The notes: generated from the sequence alone by a model not told the origin. A stretch of DNA of 64,000 nt from an uncultured delta proteobacterium (GCA_963789395.1 CAWBKP010000021.1:64001-128000); one strand, 5' to 3'. Positions 48,281 to 59,405 are shown, counted from the stretch's first letter. Numbers and translations: made by a program.

Positions 48281-51000
48281 TCAGAAGGCCTGGCCCATGG
48301 TAAATTCCCAGCGGCCGCTTGAGCTCTCACCGTTTTGCGGATTGATAATAAAGCCGTTTTCCAGCCGGATGGGTCCTAACGGAGAATACCAGCGGAAACC
48401 AAAGCCTGCGTCCTGGCGCAGATTGTTCAAGTCAATGTCTTGACCATTGTCGTAGTTGTTGCCGGTGTCAAAAAATACGACACCCATCAAACCGATGTCT
48501 TTTATGAGCGGGAAAATATATTCAATGTTGAACACGATAAATTTATCGCCGCCGTATGCATTGCCAAATGCATCTTTCGGACTCAGTTCATCCCAGCTAA
48601 ACCCGCGCATCGAATTGATGCCGCCGATATAAAATCGGTCATATGGCGGCAGCAACTCGCCATCGTGCTCCTGAACGTAACCGGTCTTGACATGCAGAGA
48701 TCCCACCGTGCTCCAGAACAGCGGAAAATATCTGCCGGCTTCTCCCAGATATTTGGTATAGCCGATAGTGCCGCCCAGAAACCCGCCTGCATATTCTGTT
48801 GATGCCATGATGGTGGAACCTTCGGTCGGGTTGAAGGCTTTGTCTCTGGAATCATAGCGGATGGCTGGCGTAATACTGCTGGTGATATTCGTTCCGGCCA
48901 GCGGCCTGAAATAGGGAGATAGCATGGCTTGTTCGGTCAGATTGTACATGTCGCTGACGACATATCCATACGTCAGATAGGCCCGGGTGAAGTCATAAAC
49001 TTTATACCCGAAGCGAAGATTGCCGCCGATGGATTTCAGATCGTAGCTGTCATAGTCTCTGTACAGGTTAAACAGATCAATTCCTGCCGACAGCGGTATG
49101 TCAAACAGCCACGGTTCGGTAAAGGATATGTCGTACGAGGTGGTTCTGCCGCCGACTTCGGCCTTTAGTTTCAGCTGCTCTCCTAAACCGAACAGATTTC
49201 GCTGGGCGATGGAGCCGACTACGAACATATTCTCCACCGTGCTGTAACCGCCGCCGACGCTGAATGTGCCCGTGGGTTTTTCTTTGACGGCAATGTCCAG
49301 AATCATTTTGTCCGGTTCGCTTCCCTTGGTGGTGTTTACTTTAACATCTTCAAAAAAATCGAGTCGGTTAAGGTTCCGGATGCCGGCCTTTAACTTCTTG
49401 CCGTTGAATAATTCCTGTTCATAGATTTCGAGTTCACGGCGAATGACCTTGTCACGGGTTTTTGTGTTGCCGGAGATGCTGATTCTTTCAAAATAGACCA
49501 GACTGCCTTTTGAAATCGTATAGGTGATATTGACGACCAGTTTTTCATTGTCCTGGTCAATATTGGGAACAACATCCGCATTGGCATATCCTTCATCCGA
49601 ATAAAAATCCCCGATGACAATGATGTCATCCCGAAGAACCTGCCTGCTGAAGTATTCTTGTTTTGAGATTTTTATCATCTTCATCAGTTCTTCTTCCGTC
49701 TGAGAAGATCTCCGGCAATCCGGACATTGCCCACTTTGAAGCGCTTTCCTTCGTCGATTTTTATGGTGATATAAATCCAGTTTTCCTTGAATTCAATGAT
49801 GGGCTCACCGATTTTGGCCTGAATATATCCGTTGTTGTGATAGAAAGACGTCAGCAGTTCGACATCCTGATTCAGATCTTCCGTCTTGAGGTCTCCGGAT
49901 GAGGTTATCCAGGACCAGAAGCCTTTTTCAGTGGTTTTAATGATTTTTTTCAGTTGCTTGGAAGAATAGGCTTCGTTTCCCTCAAACAGGATTTCCTTGA
50001 TAAGAATTTTTTTACCTTCATCAATAATAAATTCAAGATCCGCCTGATTGTTGTCCTGTTCATGGATGACATAGGTCACTTTGACATTGTGGTAATTCTT
50101 CTCCTTGTACATGTCTTCTATACGTTTGATATTACTTTGAATTTTAAATATATTTAAAATGGAACCGGTTTTGATATCCAGACTTTTCAAAATCTTTTCA
50201 TCTTCAAAGATCAGGTTTCCCGTTTTAACAAGTTCATCTTTTTCCTCTTCTTTGAATGTCTTGCCGCCGGCATCTTTAGAGCTCTTGCCGCCCCTGATAT
50301 AGATCTGTCGTATGGTCGGTTTTTCCTTTACGACGAAAATAATGATTTTCCCAGCGGGGCTGTCTTCGGATTCAACCCGTACATCATCAAAATAGCCCAT
50401 GGCATAAATGGCCTTCATATCTTCGGATATATTCTTGTTCAGGACTATATCGCCCGGCTGGGTCTTGGCGATGCGTTTGATGGCGTCCTGCTCAATGCGT
50501 CGGTTCCCGATGATACGGACTTCTGCGACTTTTTCCCGTTTGAAAAGCCGTGAGCTGATGGCATCGGAAAGCGATTTGACGGCAGCGGGAAGGGTTTCAA
50601 TACCTTCTCCTTCGGAAAAAAATGAAGCCGGTGGTTTGTCTATGTGAACGTCAAGCATTTTGGCGTCCAGGCTGAAATTTTGTCCCAGCCAGGTCAGGCT
50701 TCCCCAGATGACCACATCGGCGTTTTTCTGGGAACCGAGCAATCGGATGGATTCAATCGTCGGCATGTTGCCCGATGATATTGCAGCGGCCGAATCCGGT
50801 TTGATAATGGTTGCCCCGGCCCTTTCCAGATGCACTTGAATGAGTTGCGGAACCTGATCTTTTAGATAGTCTAAATTTTGCTGTGAGAGAATTTCAAACG
50901 GCAATACCATTACCTGGATGCGCTCGGCGCCAAAACCCGTAACAGGAAAACTGCATAAGATACCGATAATGATGAGATATAACCGTTTTAACATATACAC
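48281..51000 (-). CDS. bamA: Outer membrane protein assembly factor BamA; probable sequencing frameshift at about 49698
   Basis: POTRA repeats (GNRRIE, GYFDDV, GNTKTRDKVIRRE), barrel motifs (QRNLFGLG, SMRGF, WYSPLGP), terminal F. Confidence 0.93.
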
Positions 51001-51003
51001 ACC

Positions 51004-51738
51004 TCAATTTGCTTCGACCAGTTTTCCGTCCAGGATCGTTACGCGTCTGGCCATAAGGGACGCCAGGTTCATATTATGTGTCACTACCACCATGGTCATG
51101 TTCAGTTCCCGATTTAACTCCGTGAACAGTTCATGCACCTGTTCGCTGTTTTTTTGATCCAGATTCCCGGTGGGTTCATCCGCCAGAAGCAGGGCCGGCT
51201 TTAAGACCAGCGCTCTGGCAAGGGCCACCCGCTGCTGTTCGCCCCCGGAAAGTTTTGTGACCCGCTGATGCAGTCTGCTCTTCAGGCCCACCCGCACCAG
51301 AATCGTTTCCGCAAGATTTTTGGCTCTGGATACGGATAATCCCTTGATGAGCGCCGGCATCATGGCATTTTCAATTGCGGTGAATTCCGGCAGCAGGTGA
51401 TGAAACTGGAACACAAAACCAATGGACGCATTTCTGAAACTCGCCAGTTGAAAAGGTTCCAGGTTGAATATGCTTTTCCCCTGAAACCATAAATTGCCGG
51501 AATCCGGGTGATCCAGCGTTCCCAGAATCTGGAGCAGGGTGGATTTGCCGATGCCGGATGCGCCGACAATGGCAACGGTTTCCCCGGCGTCAAGGGTGAG
51601 ATCAACTGCATTCAGGATATCAATCCGTGATCCGCTGCTGATAAAACTTTTTTTAAGGTCTCTTGCCAGAACAAGATGTTTTGCCGCTGGTTCATCTGTT
51701 TCCTTGCCGCCATTTCCCCGGCTGTTTTCCATGATCAA
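51004..51738 (-). CDS. lolD: Lipoprotein-releasing ABC ATPase
   Basis: [38 protein letters not shown]. Confidence 0.93.
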   Translation of the reverse strand: MIMENSRGNGGKETDEPAAKHLVLARDLKKSFISSGSRIDILNAVDLTLDAGETVAIVGASGIGKSTLLQILGTLDHPDSGNLWFQGKSIFNLEPFQLASFRNASIGFVFQFHHLLPEFTAIENAMMPALIKGLSVSRAKNLAETILVRVGLKSRLHQRVTKLSGGEQQRVALARALVLKPALLLADEPTGNLDQKNSEQVHELFTELNRELNMTMVVVTHNMNLASLMARRVTILDGKLVEAN

Positions 51739-51878
51739 TCCAATCCATTCATTTCAATCTATATTCATCAAAAGCGTGACATGTCCAGCTTCAGCGGCAC
51801 GCCTCAGCAGGGTGGTGTTTGAAAAAAAAACGTATATCCACACACCGGTAAACGCGCCGCCTGCCGGGTAAAAAGCTG

Positions 51879-53114
51879 TCATCCATAACGGATCGCTTCA
51901 ACCGGATTAAGCCGTGAGGCCTGTCGGGCAGGATACAGCGTGGCGATAAAACAGATGATCAGAGAAGCCGTAGCAATTGAAACAACATCAAATGTTTTTA
52001 AGAGTACCGGAAGTTTGGTAATATAGTAAACATCTCCCGGAAGTTCAATGAATTTATAGCGCTCGAGGAGTTTACACAATACATATCCAAGGCTGACCCC
52101 CAGGGTGGTTCCGATCACGCCGATGGTCATGCCCTTAAACACAAAAATGCGCCGGATGCTTTTATCGGTTGCCCCCATGGCCTTTAAAATGGCGATGTCC
52201 TTTGTTTTTTCCATTACCATCATAATCAGGCTGCTGGCAATGTTAAAGGCAGCCACCATGATAATTAAGGCCAGAATGATAAACATGACGGTTTTTTCAA
52301 GCTTGAGGGCGGAAAACAAATTCCGGTTCATCTGCATCCAGTCTCTGCACCAATACGGAAAACCCAGCCGGCTGGAGATTGTTTCGGATATTTGCCGGGC
52401 CTGATATATATCGCTCACCCGAACCTCGATGCCGGTGATGGCATCCTCCATGTGGAGAAATTTCTGCGCGTCACTCAGGTGAATGTAGGCGATAGAGCCA
52501 TCATATTCATACATGCCGGATTCAAATTCGCCGACTACCTGAAAGCGTTTCATGACGGGTATCAGGCCGGCAGGAGAAATCATGCCGCGCGGAGACAGAA
52601 TGTGAATCATGTCACCCTTGGCAACCCCTAAATTCTTCATCAGTTCTTTGCCGAGAACAACCCCCGGGATATCCGCTGCAGACGGTTTTGCAGCGCTGCG
52701 CGGGGTCAGGGCGTTTAAGCCATCCGGGCCGATCGATGTGATGACCTTACCGGCGGTTTCCGGCACAATGCCTCTGATGACAGCGCCTGACATTCCCGAT
52801 GCGGACCGGATCATAACCTGGGACAAAATAAAGGGCGTAGAAGCTTCCACGCCGGTGACACTGTTGATCCACCCGTCGATCTTGGCGTAGTCCGTAAAGC
52901 TGCCGCCATGCCGCATCACTACGATATGGGATTCTACGCTCAGAATCCGGGACTTCAGATCTGACTCGAATCCGGCCATCACGGCAATGACAATGATGAG
53001 CGCCATCACGCCGACCGTGACCCCGGCAATGGACAGCAGGGTAATCAGGGAGATGAACGCCTCTTTTTGTTTGGCCCGAAGATAGCGGGCGCCGATAAAT
53101 AATTCAAACTGCAT
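51879..53114 (-). CDS. lolE: Lipoprotein-releasing ABC permease (LolC/E family)
   Basis: RYLRAK, IAVMAGF, LEKTVM, AAFNI, YPARQAS.L.P.EAIRY. Confidence 0.9.
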   Translation of the reverse strand: MQFELFIGARYLRAKQKEAFISLITLLSIAGVTVGVMALIIVIAVMAGFESDLKSRILSVESHIVVMRHGGSFTDYAKIDGWINSVTGVEASTPFILSQVMIRSASGMSGAVIRGIVPETAGKVITSIGPDGLNALTPRSAAKPSAADIPGVVLGKELMKNLGVAKGDMIHILSPRGMISPAGLIPVMKRFQVVGEFESGMYEYDGSIAYIHLSDAQKFLHMEDAITGIEVRVSDIYQARQISETISSRLGFPYWCRDWMQMNRNLFSALKLEKTVMFIILALIIMVAAFNIASSLIMMVMEKTKDIAILKAMGATDKSIRRIFVFKGMTIGVIGTTLGVSLGYVLCKLLERYKFIELPGDVYYITKLPVLLKTFDVVSIATASLIICFIATLYPARQASRLNPVEAIRYG

Positions 53115-53136
53115 CGCTGTATTTCACATTGAGGGG

Positions 53137-54642
53137 TTACGCAATTTCGGAAGCGGTTTTTGTCAGGGGTTTCATGTGTGGAAAAAGAATCACCTCGCGT
53201 ATGGAAACCGAGTCCGTCAACAGCATGGCCAGCCGGTCGATGCCGATCCCTTCACCGGCTGTTGGCGGAAGCCCGTATTCCAGGGCTTCTATATAGTCGT
53301 CGTCCATGCAGTGGGCTTCCTGATCACCGGCATCTCGGTCTGCGACCTGCTGGGAAAACCGACTTTTCTGGTCCTGTGGGTCATTTAATTCTGAAAAGCC
53401 GTTGGCGATTTCATAGCCGGCAATAAACAATTCGAAGCGGTCCGTGATCCGGGGGTCGAGGTCGCTTTTTCTGGAAAGCGGGGACACTTCAACCGGATAG
53501 CCTGTGATAAAGGTGGGTTGGATCAGATGCGGCTCCACCAGGGTATCAAAGAGCTTGGTAACAATTTTTCCCAGGCGGTTTTTATGGGCAATCGGGATTC
53601 CCTTTGAAGCCGCAACGTCCAGAAGCCCCTGTCTGTCATTCAAGAGGCCCGGGTCGATCCCTGCAATTTCTGACAGGGCGGCGGCCAGGGTCATCCGTTG
53701 CCATTTTCCGGACATCTCAATGGTGTTTCCCTGATAGACGATCCGGGTCGATCCGGTAACCGCTGAAGCGATTTCTGAGAACATGCGTTCGGTCAGATCC
53801 ATCAGATCTTCATAAGTCGCATATGCCTGATAAAACTCCAGCATGGTAAATTCGGGATTGTGGCGGGTGGAAACCCCTTCGTTTCGGAAATTCCGGTTGA
53901 TTTCAAATACCCGTTCATATCCGCCGACAACCAGGCGCTTGAGATAGAGCTCCGGAGCAATCCTCAAAAACAGATCGATGTTCAGGGCATTATGAAAGGT
54001 GACAAACGGGGTGGCTTCCGCGCCTCCGGCAAGGGTCTGCATCATGGGCGTTTCGACTTCCAGAAAATCCCGTTCCAGCAAAAAAGAGCGAATTGCCTGA
54101 ATCATCCGGCTGCGTTTGATGAAGATGTCGCGAACATCGGCATTCATGATCAGATCAATATAGCGCTGACGATAGCGTTTTTCAGGATCCTTGAGCCCGT
54201 GAAATTTCTCGGGCAAGGGCCTGGTGGCCTTGCAGAGCAGCCGGAGTTCGGTGACCAGAAGTGTCCATTCCCGGGTCTTGGTCTGAAACATTCCCCCTTT
54301 CAGGCCTACAAAATCGCCGACATCCAGTTGCTTGAAAAGATCATATGCGTCATCCCCGACGCTGTCTTTTTTGATATACGCCTGAAGCTGGCCGGTCCGG
54401 TCCCGGAAGCGGATAAACGTGGATTTGCCGAATCGGTTGATGGCCATCATCCTGCCTGCAGTTACAAATACAGGTGTATCCGGCGTAATGGATTCCGGGT
54501 GGTTTTCGGTCTGAAACAGAATATCTTGAACCGTATTCAATACTTTGAAGTCATTAGGGAAAAGCTCAATATGCCGGGCTTTCAATTCAGCCAGTTTTTC
54601 TCTTCGCTTGTCGATAACGTCACTTGATTTTTCATTGTCCAT
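53137..54642 (-). CDS. lysS: Lysine--tRNA ligase (class II)
   Basis: PLPEKFHGL, RYRQRYIDL, LRIAPELYLK, FRNEG, GIGIDRL. Confidence 0.97.
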   Translation of the reverse strand: MDNEKSSDVIDKRREKLAELKARHIELFPNDFKVLNTVQDILFQTENHPESITPDTPVFVTAGRMMAINRFGKSTFIRFRDRTGQLQAYIKKDSVGDDAYDLFKQLDVGDFVGLKGGMFQTKTREWTLLVTELRLLCKATRPLPEKFHGLKDPEKRYRQRYIDLIMNADVRDIFIKRSRMIQAIRSFLLERDFLEVETPMMQTLAGGAEATPFVTFHNALNIDLFLRIAPELYLKRLVVGGYERVFEINRNFRNEGVSTRHNPEFTMLEFYQAYATYEDLMDLTERMFSEIASAVTGSTRIVYQGNTIEMSGKWQRMTLAAALSEIAGIDPGLLNDRQGLLDVAASKGIPIAHKNRLGKIVTKLFDTLVEPHLIQPTFITGYPVEVSPLSRKSDLDPRITDRFELFIAGYEIANGFSELNDPQDQKSRFSQQVADRDAGDQEAHCMDDDYIEALEYGLPPTAGEGIGIDRLAMLLTDSVSIREVILFPHMKPLTKTASEIA

Positions 54643-54807
54643 TGATGAGATTCTCTTTGCCTGAACGCTGGTTACTCTCCAAGGGGCGGCACAATAAAAC
54701 AAAAAGCCGAGTTTCCCCGTTGATAATTATCAACTTAAACGTAAACAACTAATTCATTTCCTGGTTTTTGTCAAATTGATATGCGTTGCCTTGTTTAAAT
54801 GCTGGCG

Positions 54808-54836
54808 AGTATATGAAGAAGGATCTTGTGTGTCAA
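54808..54836 (-). promoter_or_regulatory. Near-consensus sigma70 promoter for the lysS-lol-bam-lpx operon
   Basis: Minus strand TTGACA (54836-31), 17-nt spacer, TATACT (54813-08). Confidence 0.75.
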
Positions 54837-54933
54837 GAAGGTTTTGACCACAAAATGTGGTGTATGTTGCACTTCCGGCAACGCATGGACAGGACTGGAT
54901 AATTGCTTCGGGGAGCGGTATTTATTTTGTCTT

Positions 54934-55060
54934 GTAAACCCTCGTCCCCTGGGCAGGGTCAGAGGACGGCTTCTATTGCTTACAGGTATTCAGCGGCAGG
55001 TTGGGTTGGCACATCGTGAAAGTGAATATCGAACCTGACCACATCCATTTTCCGGTCAAC
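54934..55060 (+). mobile_element. IS200/IS605-family remnant: hairpin end plus tnpA (Y1/HUH) fragment
   Basis: Hairpin CGTCCCCTG...CAGAGGACG followed by frame FYCLQVFSGRLGWHIVKVNIEPDHIHFPV containing the DHxH HUH motif. Confidence 0.65.
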
Positions 55061-55085
55061 TGCTCAAAAAACAGTCATATTTTCA

Positions 55086-56418
55086 CTATTTATAATAAAG
55101 CCGGTCTTCCAGCTTCATGAATCCCCGGATTGCATGGGCTGTCCCGAAGGAGATCGATTCGGCCGGCCAGGGAATGATTTTTCGTCCGACAAAAAACATT
55201 TCCGTACGGGAAGTTTTTAGACCGCAAATCAGCTCGGCCACGGTCCGGCCGTTCAGGGTCGTCATGGAAACCCCGTGCCCGATGCATCCCAGGGAAAAAA
55301 TGGCTTTTTTGTCCTCGCCGAGATATCCGATTGCCGGAGCCATATCCAGGGTAACGGAAACCGGTCCGCCCCATCGGTGGGTAAAACCGATCCCTTTTAG
55401 TTGCGGAAAAACGTCTATTACATGATTCTCAAGATGCTTAAATACCTTATCGTTGAGATCCCGGTTCAGATCCGGGCCGTAACCGAAGGACACATCGCCG
55501 CCGCCCATGACGATTCGATTGTCGCGCGTCAGACGGTAATAATGGATCAGATCCCGCGCATCCTCCACCCCGGCCCGGCATTGCCAGCCAATGGCATCCA
55601 GTTGCGATGCTGAAAGCGGCTCGGTCATGACGATATGTGTAAAGGCCGGCAACTGCATGGATTTTAATTGCGGAAACAGGATCGAGTAGGCATTGGTGGC
55701 GAAAACCAGGAAATCGGATTTCAGGCTGCCGGTTTCCGTTCGGATGGTGAAGCGGGATGAAGTCCCGCGGTCAAAGCCTGTAACCGGTGAGCGCTCGTAA
55801 ATCGTGAGCCCGGCGCCTTCGGCCAGGGCTTTCACCCCTCTTGCAAGCTTGGCAGGGTTGCAAAATGCCGCAACGCGGCTCAAACCATCCCAGTTTGTAA
55901 TAATCGGTATTGAATTCCGATGCCAACCGTTCCCGGGACCATCGTTCCACGCCGCTTAAGCCCCATTTTTCAATGATTTTAAAATCGTGTTCAACCCGCT
56001 TGACCTGGGCCGGGCTGGTGCCGACCAGAAGATAACCGCTGCGTTCATAATCGCAATCGATCCGATTGGCGGTGATGAAATCATGAAGATAATCGACGGC
56101 GTTCTCCATATAGGCCTGGGCTGCGCGGGCTTTCTGGTCGTCGAACCGAAGCCTTGTGATACCTTTGGTCAGGCCGAACAGGGTCATGGAGAAACCGCCG
56201 TTTCGACCCGATGCGCCGTAACCGCACACGTCCGATTCGATCAGCCGCACATCCAGCCCGGGGTTTAATTGCTTGAGATGGTAGCCCGTGGATAATCCCG
56301 TATACCCCCCGCCGATAATAACGACATCGGCGCTGTCATCGGCCGTCAGCTGAGGATTGGGCTGAATGGCTTCCGGCAGCGATTCAAGCCACCAGCTTTT
56401 GGAACGATAATCCGACAT
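55086..56418 (-). CDS. FAD-dependent oxidoreductase (PuuB/OrdL-like DAO family); frameshift at about 55861
   Basis: DVVIIGGGYTGL, GASGRNGG, ATNAYS, YYRLT.DNR, WGGP, GHGV; RBS AGGAGG. Confidence 0.88.
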
Positions 56419-56470
56419 GCCACACCTCCTTTTGAAAAAATCGATCTTGACGAAATGACAGAAGGATGAT

Positions 56471-56490
56471 TAAGTTGGATGACTAACTAA
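56471..56490. promoter_or_regulatory. Probable TetR operator in the divergent intergenic region
   Basis: Imperfect palindrome TAAGTTGG-ATGA-CTAACTAA between opposed TTGAC(G/A) -35 elements. Confidence 0.55.
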
Positions 56491-56548
56491 GTATATATTT
56501 CAATGGCTGATGTCAATCATTTATTTCTCTCCGCTCAAGGACACCCGT

Positions 56549-57175
56549 ATGACCCGGAAAATAGATTTTGAAGATAAGAAAATCAGGATACTGCAAGCGC
56601 TGGGTCAGTGTCTCCAGCATAAGCCTTTTGACCAGACATCCATCAAGGATATCGCGCTGGCCGCCGGCATCAATCACGGACTGCTGCACTATTATTTCAA
56701 AAGCAAGGAAGATATTTTAATCCACTATATCGAGTATGTCCTGCATCTGTACCGGTCCATGTTCGATGACTGGATCGAAGCAAGACGGGCAAAGGCTCCG
56801 AATGCCGGTAGCAGTATTCTGGATGAGTTTTTTAAATTCATGCATGAGAAAGTTACGCTCAATAAAACGCTTTCCACTGTTTTTATCGAGATTTGGGAGA
56901 TCGCGCTTTACAACGGCAAAGTCCGCGTAAAGCTGCAACTGGCATACCGGGAATGGATAGAGGTTCTGAACGGCATGCTCATGTCCGTTACGGACGATGC
57001 CACCGCATCCCGCCGGATCGCTATAGCCACGGTAGCATTTCTTGAGGGCATGGCGCTTTTTTCGGTCATTCTTGATGAAGATCCGATCGACTTCCGGGCG
57101 GCCCTCAGCGGGTTTCAGGAAAATATGATTGCAATACTGACGGGAAAATCGGAAACGGCAAGGTCCGGGAAATAA
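56549..57175 (+). CDS. TetR/AcrR family transcriptional regulator
   Basis: TSIKDIALAAGINHGLLHYYFKSKEDIL HTH; RBS AAGGA; divergent from the oxidase. Confidence 0.92.
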   Translation: MTRKIDFEDKKIRILQALGQCLQHKPFDQTSIKDIALAAGINHGLLHYYFKSKEDILIHYIEYVLHLYRSMFDDWIEARRAKAPNAGSSILDEFFKFMHEKVTLNKTLSTVFIEIWEIALYNGKVRVKLQLAYREWIEVLNGMLMSVTDDATASRRIAIATVAFLEGMALFSVILDEDPIDFRAALSGFQENMIAILTGKSETARSGK

Positions 57176-57266
57176 TCATGATGATATCTCCCGGTTCCTG
57201 ACATGCCGTTTAAATTGTCCGATGACGGCTCTTGTATATGCTATCTGGGCAGGGAACAATGCCGAT

Positions 57267-58446
57267 TCAGGCCGGGGGTGCGGTCATCCTGGCAAGGCTA
57301 TTTTTCAGGTCTTCCGGAAGCGCGCTGTTGGCAGACTCAAGAAGGATGTCAGGAACGCCTCCAAGGATTTCATAACTATGGGTGAGGACCCTGTCATCCC
57401 AGATGGTGTTGAGTCGTTTTTGGTTATCGTTTCAGATGCCAGCGCCGGTTTCCATCCACCCAGCCAACAGGTTACCATGTGGTTGACGACCTGGGAATCA
57501 CCTTGCTCGTATCGATAAAACCATCCCTTTTCAAAGCAGGAATCATGCGCCGGTTCTCCAGGAGCCAGGCCAGCGAAACCATGTCGTGGGCCAGCACCGA
57601 ATCAGAGGCGATGATCAGGCCGTTATCAGGCGCAAAGACATACCCCTTGTCCGGGCCGAATGTGGTGAGGAGCTTGTCTGCCGCTGTAATCACCAGGCGC
57701 TGCTTGGTCATCAGGGTCGAAACCGTGTTGGCCTCGGCTGTTTTTTCCGGCAGCGTGGCGGCATCCCGGTGGTATTCCAGGCGGGTGTCATGACGCCAGT
57801 AGCCCACGGCGGCCTTCATGCCCAACGTGCTCCCGGTCAATATATGCCGGGAGCAGCGGGGCATCAGGACGATGTGCTGGACGTCCTTCAGGATGTTCGG
57901 CATCATGATGCCGTGTTTCCAGTGTGATCCGGCTGCGGGAAAGTCCTCATAAAATGCGTTCCACCCGCCTTCCTCGAAACAATGCAGTTCAGCTCCGGAT
58001 GCCTGAACCGCCCCGGCCATGCCAGAAGACGCCATCAACGCGCGCGAGCTTCCGGAAAGCGATGTGGGAGAAAACCGCAGGTTTTGGACTCCGGCCATAT
58101 CCCCCACGATCACCCGTTTGGCCCCTTTTTCCCTGAGGATCTCGACCATGGCGGCAATGGCCGACGGGCTGGTGGTGGCAGGATAGGGATTTCCGGAATT
58201 ATTGACCGGCTTGATGAACACGGCATCCCCTCTGGACAGCCATGAAAAGTCGGTTGCGGCCTCGGCCGCATTACGGACCGCCATTTTCAAAGCTTCTTCG
58301 GAAGCCCCCCTGCTTACTCCGGCCAGAAAGACCCTGGCAGGAGAACCCGGCATCCGTATCGCTGACTTAACGGGAATCCGGGATACCCCTGATCCGTCTG
58401 TACACGGGAACGAGGCATTAACTGATGTTCCAGCAACCGTATTCAT
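57267..58446 (-). CDS. DUF362-domain protein; two probable frameshifts near the 3' end (about 57490 and 57412)
   Basis: VFIKPVNN, TTSP, VIVGD, TLGMKAAVG, GPDKG, D.LAHD. Reading continues in shifted frames (VVNHMVTCWLGG...IWDDRVL...PPA*) to a stop at 57267. Confidence 0.75.
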
Positions 58447-58618
58447 AAGATCTCTTTCCTTGCAGCCCGGTAATGAATATCCTTGGAAAATACGCCGAAT
58501 TGAATTAATAGTAAAACATAATTTCAATTCGGCGGCGTCCTTGCCTGTCGAGATGTATCCACATTTGCCGCACATTAAAATCAAACGGTCTGTATCCATG
58601 CAAAGGAGAACACGCACC

Positions 58619-59005
58619 ATGATGACCATTCAAACCCATCAGGGAATCAACCGGGAATGTTTCGGGATTCCGGTTCATCTGGCAGAAGGCGAAAGCCGGG
58701 TGGCGCTGCTGACAATCCCTTCCATGGCAGTGGATGAAAGCGGACTCGTGCACGGCGGGTATATTTTCGGCCTTGCGGACTATGCCGCCATGATCGCGGT
58801 CAATCACCCGAATGTGGTTCTGGGCTCATCGGAGGTGAAGTTTTTAAAGCCCGTCAGGGCAGGGGAGACGGTGATTGCCACGGCAACCGCCGAAGCAAGG
58901 CAGGGCAAGAAACAAGTCGTCGCGGTGACCGTTTCGCGAAATGACGAACTCGTTTTTTCGGGAAGCTTTACCTGCTTTGTTCTGGATAAACATGTGCTGG
59001 CGTAA
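58619..59005 (+). CDS. Hotdog-fold thioesterase (PaaI-like)
   Basis: MAVDESGLVHGGYIFGLADYAAM, FLKPV; RBS AAGGAG. Confidence 0.9.
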   Translation: MMTIQTHQGINRECFGIPVHLAEGESRVALLTIPSMAVDESGLVHGGYIFGLADYAAMIAVNHPNVVLGSSEVKFLKPVRAGETVIATATAEARQGKKQVVAVTVSRNDELVFSGSFTCFVLDKHVLA

Positions 59006-59026
59006 GCCCCCAAAAAGGAACCGGCG

Positions 59027-59362
59027 GTGGCGCTGGGCCATTTTATGACGATCGACATTCCTGCAGATTCCCCGTTTTTTGTGAATACCCCGGACAGTGT
59101 TGCCGTCCCACTGGCGGATATCGTGGCACGGGATACTCCGGACCCGGAACGGGTGAAACGCGCCCGTCAACTGATGATGGAGCCAAGAGCCGGAAAAAGA
59201 GACAAACGAAAACCGATTGACGTCGTGAAGACGGAAAACGGCAAATTCAGGGTGATTGACGGTAACTCCACCCTGCAGGCGCTGAGGGAACTTCAAGAGA
59301 CAATGGCAATCGTTGAAATCAAGGACCGGGATTGCAAAGATCAATGCGGCTGCGCTGCTTGA
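59027..59362 (+). CDS. Small stand-alone ParB/Sulfiredoxin-like domain protein
   Basis: RKPIDVV...FRVIDGNSTLQAL resembles the ParB/Srx core (PI.V...y.iiDG); RBS AAGGA before GTG. Confidence 0.65.
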   Translation: MALGHFMTIDIPADSPFFVNTPDSVAVPLADIVARDTPDPERVKRARQLMMEPRAGKRDKRKPIDVVKTENGKFRVIDGNSTLQALRELQETMAIVEIKDRDCKDQCGCAA

Positions 59363-59405
59363 TAGTGGATGCCGCCTGCCTGAAATCCCGGTTTGCTATG
59401 ACCCC

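Noticed and set aside
48281..51000. bamA (and lpxB) as true pseudogenes or programmed frameshifts
   Set aside because: Normally essential genes, no slippery heptamer with stimulatory structure seen, and similar indels occur throughout the window.
54643..54800. T-box or lysine riboswitch upstream of lysS
   Set aside because: No T-box (GGTGGNACCGCG) or lysine-riboswitch core motifs were found.
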